This document shows, piece after piece, positions 54,691 through 64,000 of a stretch of DNA of 64,000 nt; the first letter of the stretch is position 1, and every line of letters begins with the position of its first letter. The DNA is from Marsupella aquatica (Eukaryota > Plantae > Marchantiophyta). Made by a program: the position numbers and the translations under genes. Location: positions 7,058,470 through 7,122,469 of the forward strand of contig OZ316897.1 of NCBI GenBank assembly GCA_973895155.1, written 5' to 3'. The notes under the pieces were generated by a model that searched no databases, was not told where the DNA came from, and worked only from the letters and a program-made list of their open reading frames with translations.

Positions 54691-56626
54691 CCTCTGGATA
54701 CTGCCACAAAATAGGAGTGGTATCCAATGGTGAAAGGGTCATCGGTCCATCTGGAAAAGATTGTTTTGCTCCTGACTCAGGTGTGAAAGCATGACGCCAG
54801 ATATCATGTATCAATTGGGCCGCATTTTGTTGAAAGGCCTCTCCAATACCCCATACTGGTGCCACAATAGTATCAACAGGTAATACACCCATCCTGTGTT
54901 CCTCACGTGGCTCCTCCATTGCCAAAACATCTGCTGCATGTGCGTTACCTTCAATCAACTCATCAAATCCAATAATCAAACTACTAAAAACTGCCAAAGA
55001 CAACGGTGCAGATTTAGGACCTTCGGCAAGTCCACTAAATTGCATTGGGAATTGGCTCAATTGAGCATCTCCAAATTGCCAATTGGGTCAATACGGCATC
55101 GACTCATCCCAAAAATCAAGAACAAATCCCATAGGATAAAATACTGTACATCCCACTAACACATCATATGACTCAGCCTTAGTCAAAATAGCTTGAGCTT
55201 GGATCCGTGAGTTATCCTTTGGATGATCCTCTTGAATCCTAAGTTCAAGTGCTCGTCTGGTGATATGTTGTTTGGGTGTAGGTCCTCCCAATGAAGTCTA
55301 AATGGGAAAGGGACACTCCTCCAAATCATCTAGACGCAATCCCAATCCTTGTATTGCAGACTTACCCAACATCAAGGGCTGAGCACTAGTATCCAATAAC
55401 ACTCATTCTAGCTGGTATATTGCTCCAAAAGGCCCAACTAATTGGAAGATACCACTCCAATTATCTAATGATACCACACTAGGTTTAAACCTAGTTCTCT
55501 CAAAGGCAGGGCGTGCTGGTAGCTCCATCAACCTCAGCGTTGCTGCTTGCCATGTTTCACCACTAGCAATAGGTGGAATCAACTCCACAACTTCAGAATT
55601 ATGCACTGTCTTTGCACGAGAAGCAACAATTGGAGTGTCTTCACATAATGTGGCCGCCAATCTGAACACTTCAGCTGGACTTACTCCCAATGCCAATATA
55701 TCTGTTGTTGAAAATAACAGGGTGCGCACAATGTTAGTGGCCGCCCCCAACAAGGTACATGCTAGCCCTGTTGCAACATCATCCAATTCTACCAACTTAT
55801 CAACACTTGGATTTTTCTTAACCGGGTTCATAGAGGTAGTGTGAACTGCCTCTAACAACGTAAATGATTGGGGAAGCTTTGTTTGACGACGAGCCTGCCC
55901 CCTTTGAGGATCCAACTCTACCATTGCTCCTTGGGGCTCAAGGGCTTTGGTTGCTCCTTGAGTCAAAGCTGCCGATGCATCAACATGGGCAGTGTCACAC
56001 ATGAATCCCATGGTGGCCAAGTCTCCGTCAGCTCCATAAGATGTAGAAGCTCCATCACCAGAAGTAGGTCTAACGTGAGAACTGGCCATGGTAGCCAGTT
56101 GTTGCTCCAATTGAGCAATCTTTGCATCCTTTGGATCTATGGCAGTGGCAAGAGCATCACCTCCTTGTCTCCCTACATGTGGCATACCTTGGCCATGACC
56201 ACCACCTCTACCTCCTCTTCTTTGATCATACGTATGCAAACCTCCCCGTTGTAGTTCAGGATGGAGTATAAAACACCTATCCGGTGTGACCAGAAACTCC
56301 ACAATGATCACATAATTGTTGATTGGGCATAGATGCCCCTTCGGACCCTCTATTATCCGGGGAATATCTTTGTGCATGACCCCCACCACAAGTCCAACAT
56401 CCTGACTGTTGTCCAGCATAGGAAGGCACAAGTCTCTGACTAGTAGATTCCCGTGTTGTAGGCTTCTCCCTCTGGCTCTTCCTTGCAGTAGGTTGCAATG
56501 TGGATGTAGATGCAACCTTTGGTGGGCCTTCCTTGACAAATCCGGAAGTCACCACCTTCTCATTCACCATATTGAACTCAATGCGCTCAGCAAGTGCAAA
56601 AACAACAGCCAATGTGGGATCTGAAT

Positions 56627-56900
56627 TGTCACACCATTCTAGATGTTGTTGTAGTATATAGTGCTAGTTGAGTATGTACATTTTGTATGTGTGCTATTGG
56701 AGCCGGTAGGGTTCCATTAGGTTTGTGTGAGAGGGTAGTTCTCTCTTGTGAGGCATTGAAAGGTTATCTTTCAATGTTGAGCCTTGGAGAGGGGAGCTTG
56801 TGTGGTGGCTATGGTGGCTGAGAGCTCTTTCTATGTAGCGTGGATTCCTTGAGTACAAGGTGCGTTGGCTCGATATACATGTGTGATTGGATCCCCTGGG
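56627..56900 (+). repeat. LTR related to 49663-50138 in the opposite orientation, truncating gag
   Basis: Starts TGTCACACCA; its reverse complement shares CCAACGCACCTTG, GAATCCACG and GGCTCAACAT blocks. Confidence 0.65.
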
Positions 56901-57084
56901 CCCTCAATCTTAACTGATATGTGGAGGACGTGCGAACGCTGTTGTGGGGATTCCTTTTAGAAGGCTAGAATCCATATTGTGTTATTTGAGTTTATGTGAA
57001 GAGGGTTTTACTTAAAAGCTTCATAGTAGTACTATTAGAGCATATATGTTACATTCTATATGTAGTGTGTACATTCTACAATGG

Positions 57085-57320
57085 TACACAGTAGTTCCAC
57101 CATTTATGCATAGTAGTTTTACAAACTAGATGCATAGTAATTCCACCAACTACGCATAGTAGTTGCACCAATTACGCATAGTAGTTTCACCAACTACGCA
57201 TAGCAGTTGCACCAATTACGCATAGTAGTTTCACCAACTACGCATAGTAGTTCCACCAATTACGCGTAATAATTCCATCAACTACACACAGTAGTTCCAC
57301 CAACTATGAATAGTACTAGC
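57085..57320. repeat. Tandem array of about 22 bp, about 10 copies
   Basis: GCATAGTAGTT(C/G/T)CACCAA(C/T)TAC repeated. Confidence 0.9.
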
Positions 57321-58932
57321 ACACTTATAGGTGCTTGATGCTTGCCACTTGGCTTCCATCCAAGGGTCAAGGCATCGATCCATGCCCTCTTGGAAAACAC
57401 AAAGGGGCACTATAAATAAAGTGAAAAGGAGCACACTCTCCTCATTCGCATTGTTTGATCTATCGTGTTGGACTTGCAACACTGTAAGAAACTCTTCCCC
57501 TCTTGTGCACATGTCTTGTTTATTATTTACCTCCATGCTTGGGTACTAACTTGATTGTTAGCCTTAGAACTATTTTATATTTTATGTTTATTAGTCTTGA
57601 GATCAATTTAGTGTGCTTGTAATGAATAATATGATAAATGGAGTACCTAGAGTTTATCCCCCACCTGCTATGCCATTTGTCAATCCTTTTTTAATTAGAA
57701 TTCATTGTCTTAGCAAGCATACCATGAGAATGCATCTTCTTTATCATTTTGGATTTGAGTTAATGGAAACAGTTATGAATAGCGATGCACCATTTATATA
57801 CCCGATTGTTATTTATGGAAATGAATGGAATGTAACTATTTTTATTTTATATTAGATGGATTTTAATAGACAATCCATAAATGTACCGGAGTTAGATTTG
57901 AATAGGCTTCCTAATAATGTGTCTGATTTTCTTTCATCTATTGACATTAGAGTGGTATGCCGTAAGAAGGTTGATTGTAGAGATGTTTTAGTTAGAAAGT
58001 ATGGAGATGAAAGATATAATGTTATGCTTAGGATGCCAGAGCCTGTGATTATATCATCTATGGTAAATCTTAAGATCATAGTCTTTGTTTTCTATAATTG
58101 ACTTATCTAAGGGGTATTTACATAAGACAGGAAACAGGAAAACAGGAAACCCAAAACAGGAACCGATGACAGGAAACAGGAAAACCGAATACACCAAACT
58201 TAAAAGAAAAATACCGGAAACTTGTCTGTTGTTAAGCAAGAACTTGACACCCAAAACGGGGCTTTTAGAAGATTGTAGTCAAGTCCAAAAAAATGATGTA
58301 GAATAGCAACAGGCGCTCGAATACTAAGCCGAGGGGAACGGTACATTTGAACCTGGGTTATACTGAAAAGCACATTAATTCACCAAGCGCTGCCATTGTA
58401 ATTGTACAGAATGGAGCTCTAAACAAGAAACTCTGGCGCGTCCGTTGGACCGGTGCAGATACTAGCGCCAGGCGCTAGTTATATCGCTCAGTCAGACAGA
58501 GGCCGACGTGATAAATACGATGAAACCACAGGGACAATCGGACCGGTATTTAGGGTTATACATCCAAAAGAACCAACTCCAACCAATTCGCATAATTGAA
58601 CGCCACCCCAAAATCCACAAAGTCTTGCGATACAATTTTTTTAAGTAAGATGGTAGCGCCAAGAGCTTACAAAAGATCAAAATGATCCGCATAACCACAC
58701 CGTAAACGGAAGGTATGAAAGTTTCAAAAAGCTACGCGCATCCGACGCCTCTCGCTTAAAACGGCCGAACAATAAACTAGTGCTAGGCACTTCACCGAAC
58801 TCCACACAATCGAGTTCCAAAATGGCTACATCTAACAACAAGATTTCTAAATTCTGGTCAAGTCCCGATGAAGTCTTCATCACATTGGGAAAAACATGAG
58901 CGCAATGGGCACCATAGTCTTATCGACCAATG

Positions 58933-59409
58933 CTAGCGTCGGGCGCTAGTCCGCTCATTGGTCGATGAGCCACATTCATCATTCACTCCAGCATTAGATC
59001 GGGCCCTATCTGGAACGAAACCGTGCTCACGGTTCCTCACGAACGCCATCGACGGAACTCGCTCATCACCGGTTCGGGGAAACACGCCAGGAATGGTCGT
59101 GTTCTGGAAATCAACACGGCCAAGTTCTTCCTGTTTCCTCATCTCATCCTCCCGAGTTGGACTGTAAGGAGGAGGTGGCCAGTGAATCGTAAACCGCTCT
59201 GCAAATCTCCTAGGCGGAGAATCCCTCAGCCATGGGATCAGATTGTCACCAGGACTAATGACTTCGTCTTGGGGGAGACTAAAACGGTTGCGGAAAGCAG
59301 TTGTCTCCGACCATTCAGGTTGCTCAGTTTCTGGAACCGAGCCCTCCTCTGAAATGATTGTTGTGTGTCTCTGAAAAGAGACCACGGAGATTCTCCTCGG
59401 GTTATTCAT
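58933..59409 (-). CDS. Hypothetical 158-aa ORF within a packed run of small minus-strand ORFs
   Basis: ATG start; neighbouring ORFs abut closely; no known motif. Confidence 0.35.
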   Translation of the reverse strand: MNNPRRISVVSFQRHTTIISEEGSVPETEQPEWSETTAFRNRFSLPQDEVISPGDNLIPWLRDSPPRRFAERFTIHWPPPPYSPTREDEMRKQEELGRVDFQNTTIPGVFPRTGDERVPSMAFVRNREHGFVPDRARSNAGVNDECGSSTNERTSARR

Positions 59410-60396
59410 GGTAAGACACCTCTAGGCAGCGGATGGCAGATGCAAAGATATAGTTCTCAATACGACCCTGGTCAGCGAAAGAGCTCGAAGATTATCGAAA
59501 GTGGGAACAGAAACCACTAAAGCAGTAGCGAAACTAGGCAGTCGGGATTTAATCTCCCAAGTATTATAAGCAAACACGTTCGACCTAGATACGCCCATCG
59601 AAATGAGGGAGGGGTTGGACATTGCACCTTCAAAGTCCCCAAACTACCCGTTCAACATGGAACGGTCACTCCCATCTCACATGATAGTTGCGACGTTTAC
59701 CATCCCGAAATTGTTTCTGGCATGCAAAGTCCCGTTGTGACGTGAAGTGACCGTTTTTACGAGAAAAATCCGATACCAGCTCACATGCGAGTCGCGACAG
59801 GCCGAACAAACTTAGAACGGGATAAAAGATTACCTCGAAACTTCCAATGATGTCATCCAGAGCGTACGGGAGAATCATTGTAAGATAGCCTTGACCGTCA
59901 TACAGTTATAGTAGCGCCCGACGCTAATATTAGAGTATTAAAATGTTTACATTAATAACAGAAGGAACAAACAAAATAGTTGTCGCTGACATGTGGAAAA
60001 CACTTAACGGACAATGTTTCCGAAATATGTTTTGCTAGCGCCAGGCGCTAGCATAATTCAATTGACAAATAGACACAAAATAAGCGGAGTTGCAGGTCAA
60101 TTGTTTCCGACCAATCGGAATGTCCAGTCTTAGGAAGTAAACCTACCCTGAAATGGACAACAGAAAATTGAAAAATATGCGGGTATATGATCATGGACAT
60201 TAAATTATGGTAGCACCAGGCGATACCATAAAAACATTCGAATATAGAGAACATAATAGAATAAAGATACACCAAAAAAGTATTCAATGTATCGAATACA
60301 TTTGAATAAACGATGTTTCCAGGTTACATAACAGTAGCGCCCGGCGCTAGTATAACTTCAGTGTATATAAATCCCAAAATACCCTTTCGAGGAAAA

Positions 60397-63300
60397 TCAA
60401 TCTGAGAATTTTGATTCACTTGACTCGGACCTGTCGGTGGATTCTGCCTCCATGTCTAAAAATTCGTTCTCGGCCATATCATCAACATATCGACTATGAA
60501 TAAATTTTCTATCAGACCCTCTCCTTAATCTCAAACCTTTATGCTCCCAATGGAGGGTCCGCGCACTATCAGCTCGTCTAGCAATATTCTCAGCATAGGA
60601 AGGTAGTACAAATGGTTTCTCGGGAGTTTTAATATATCGCCTAGCTACTTTCCTTCTGAGTTTGAAACGCCGGCGAAGATTCCAGTCTGACCTGAGGACG
60701 AGAAGTTTAGGGTTTTATGTCAACACCAAGAATATTTTAAAAACAAAAAAAAATGAGAAATCTAAGAGAGAATAAGGTAATGTACTAAAAAACCAAAAAA
60801 CAGGGTTTTCTTAAGAGCTTACTCGGAAGCTTCTTACTCAGAAGAGTCTCCGCTGTCACTCCCTCCATTAGATCCTGGATCTTCTCCAGTAAGAGACACT
60901 TTGGGAATGTTAGGATCCTCCTCTTCTTCCCCCTCTTCTGTCTCATCCTCATCATCAGAATCAAAATTTAAGACAGACTTCAGTTTGTCTCTCTTTCGTT
61001 TTGAAATAGAAGACTTTGGAGGGGATTTGGGCTCAGACTCTTTTGGAGTAAGAAGATCCAGAAATACCTTAGAAGCAGTTTCCACAAACTCCTTCCTATT
61101 CTCGAGTCCAATTACAAAACGACCACAATTATCACCTGCAACAAATGTACTCCCCGAACCTACAGCCCAATCCAGAACAATATCTCCTGGACACGTAATT
61201 AGTTCCAACACAGCCTGCATGAATCCTGGATGTAGTCTGGCATTCCCGGAAAATTCAAGCTCCGGAGTTGTATCAACCTTCGCGAAGGGAAGTCCAATCA
61301 GATTTGTAATGGAAGGATCCTCTGTTTTTGAAAGGGGTTTGAACTTAGGATCTTTTGGGACTTTCACCTTGGATGATATCCGCGAAAATACATCCAAACG
61401 TAAAGTGAATACCTGAAAAGGGAACAAAATAGAGGAAGGACCCTTAGATTACAATAGCGCCAGGCGCTAGCAAATAATCCACAAAATCAAGTTGAATAAT
61501 TTACCTGAAATAAGGTCGAATAAAAAGGAAAGTAATAGATAATATGAATAGCGCCGGGCGCTAGCAAAAGGATCAATAAAATTACCTGTAAATCAGACTT
61601 CGCTTTGTACATTGGGAACCCCATGACGACACTATGTGTACATAGACATTGGAATTTCTTGGACTCTTGACAAGCGGAGATGACCTGAGAAATTTGATCA
61701 TACTCCCCCGTATGGAGTATCGCAATAATTCCGTCATCCGACAAAAAAGGATCCATTGCCCAGAAAAAGGATCGGGCTAGGGTACAGTCGGGGACGTTCC
61801 ATTTAGGGACCTTTCTGTCAAGCAAAGTTGGTTTTAGTCCAGTTGGCAAGTAAATAAAACCAGCGTCAACACCAAAAGGTCTTTGCTTCCCACCCCTCAC
61901 CACTCCTTTCAGCCGGCATCCAAATTTGATCAGGTCTTTCCCCCACTTTTCGGCAGCATTTACCCATTCCGGCTTCTCCTCCTTATTAAACATACTGTCC
62001 ACAAGTTCACTGACACTGGTCTCAACGAAACAATGACGAGACGACTTGGCTTTAAAATCCCCAATATCACGTTGGAGCCCAGTGGCAGCTTGAGAATCCC
62101 GTTCTGATTGTCCAACATCTCGAGTCCTTCTGCTTTTCTTTTTTGTACTCGTCGCATTGACTGGGACAATCGATTTCCCAGAATTAACTGATGTAAGTGG
62201 ATTTGGCAAAGCGCCAGTATTTGCTTCTGAAGCTTCTGGAGTAGCCTTCGTATCATCTGTGCCATCTGCATCTGACTTCTTTTGACCTATGGACATATTG
62301 CAAAGAATGTGGGATTAGGGCCTTCAAGCAAACACTGATGAAGATTGAATCACAAGAATGGTAGCGCCGGGCGCTAGCAAACATTTGAAAAAAGATGGAA
62401 AACTTACGTTTCTTTCCGGATCTCGTGGAGGCACTTGGCAATGCAGTGTCTATTTTAACTTTCCCTCGTGGCTTGCGGCTCCTATCTACATGGACAACTA
62501 CTGTCTCACAGATTGTCTGTAACTCCGTAGAAGACTTATCGACGTCGCTAAGGAGACCTTGCTTCATCTCAGAAACAATGTTGGGAAGGATCTGCGACTT
62601 TGCAAGTTTCAGAAACCAATCCTTCTCCACTTCATCAAAGGGTGAATCCCACTTGTCTGTGTCAAGGTACCATGGGCAGTGAATTCTTTCCCAATCAGAC
62701 ATTTCCCTTGGCGGTAGTTTACCCTCGGCAGGATACATCGAGTATAAGTCACAAACAAGATCTCCCTCCTTTACAGTAATCCACTTGTGAAATGCGGCTG
62801 GATACGACCAAAGAGCATCTGGGGAATGAATTTCCATCCAAATGTAGAAACGATACAAATACCTCTTGGCCCTCTTCTGATTTTTCTCGGTATATACCTC
62901 TTTATCAGGGTATTTTGATGGCCACATGGTGTTGAAGAACTTTGCCTTCACAAGATCCCCATACCTTCGGAATTCACTTGAAATTACTTCAATCAGATTT
63001 TCTACCGAGTCACACCCTGACTGGGCAAGCCTATCAACCGGTAGCGTTTCAATCGCTGCGGACATTGCCGAGTGTAGCATCCCAATTGCAATTCCCTTGA
63101 CGGTATTCCATGTTTGCCATGTGTGGCACCACTGCTTCACTGGATCATCATTCACACTCGAAGGGTGGAAGAATTGTTTTCTCAACTCTGGAGTACAGTG
63201 AGCAACGAGCAATGTACACCTCAATTTCGGATCAAGCGCCGAAACTGCAGTGAAGAGTCTGGCACGGTCCATAGTGCAAACAACCGAATCTGGTTTTTTC

Positions 63301-64000
63301 TCTCGCTTGTTTTTCTCTGTCAAAACATACATCTCTGCACAGGTACCTAGAAAATCTTCAAACTCAGGACTAAGAAGAGGAGTGATTTTGGACATTTTTG
63401 TGGACCAATCTTTAGTAGATTCTTTCAACATGAGCGATTGCCGCTTTGTGATGTCATCAGCCGACCAAGGATTGCCTTGACTTGCTGCCAGTGCCATGTC
63501 CATCTTGAACTGGTTAGTGTAAGCTTTGATTTTGTTTTCGCATAAAATATAGACTAGAGCTTCCAGAGGCATTTTTCTTGTGTACCAAGAATGTTTTTGA
63601 GTCTTCTGTTTGATATACTCAAACTTTGCATAATTGGCGCTGTCAATGATAGACTTGTAGTGCTCTAGATCGTGAGAAAGAATCCTCCGGATTCTGTCTG
63701 CGTCAAGTATCCACGACGGTTCAACAATGGCCTGCCCTAACCTGCAATAGGTCAGGTTTTCAATTATTAGCGCCGGGCGCTAGCTTAACTTAAACACTCA
63801 ATTAGCCTATAAACATTGTATTATTTTATAAACACTCCATAAACATTGTATTTATGTAATCAACAAGTATTGCGGAAATCATTAATTACAAGCTAGGGCA
63901 AAAAACGTACTGGTTCACAGTGTGCATAGCCGCCTCAATCTGAATTTGTGAAGCTTTGTCGCCCTTGAAAATGGTGTAGAGAACTCTGGGATGATACTTG
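60397..64000 (-). CDS. Spliced gene (5'-partial) for a large protein with a C-terminal N6A/N4C amino-methyltransferase-like domain, probably transposon-borne
   Basis: Exons >64000-63911, 63741-62408, 62286-61586, 61412-60838, 60691-60397 (alternatively a stop at 60834). GT-AG, phase-compatible, no stops. LELITCPGDIVLDWAVGSGSTFVAGDNCGRFVIGLE; upstream VDAGFIYLPTG..W..FLSDDGIIAIL. Confidence 0.75.

Larger units (their letters stand above)
49663..56626 (-). mobile_element. Gypsy LTR retrotransposon with gag-PR-DNMT-RT-RNaseH-IN-PHD (5'-truncated, decayed)
   Basis: Cys/His gag motifs CWTCGGGH and CDHCGVSGH; protease VLLDTSAQ (about 55378-55401); C5-MTase motifs; RT start MCGDYRPIN; RNaseH YEGECLAVVWA..TDHQPL; integrase HEELGHFG..CVVC, LTDQG, ADGLAER; PHD finger. 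Confidence 0.92.

Noticed and set aside
57085-57320. CRISPR-like array
   Set aside because: Units are contiguous with no unique spacers, there are no cas genes, and the context is eukaryotic.

Overview
Eukaryotic nuclear DNA, apparently from a land plant and most like a non-seed plant or bryophyte (inference from gene and TE style). One intact 12-exon host gene (17061-26467, +, about 1594 aa, ELL/occludin-homology-domain protein) lies among nested transposons. These are Gypsy elements, solo LTRs, a decayed L1-type LINE, a full-length Copia (33553-41608, with a non-autonomous CACTA in its RT) and a decayed CACTA transposase. The right-hand 30 kb carries three different chromatin or DNA 'writer' domains in mobile DNA. 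(1) A SET-domain ORF reads through intact once two nested insertions are removed, just upstream of a CACTA transposase. (2) A Gypsy pol has a C5-cytosine DNA methyltransferase domain between protease and RT, plus a PHD finger after integrase. (3) An apparently intact spliced gene has a prokaryote-style N6A/N4C amino-methyltransferase-like domain, and its introns and spacers carry a recurring TAGCGCCNGGCGCTA palindrome. All calls are by eye; no database searches were run.
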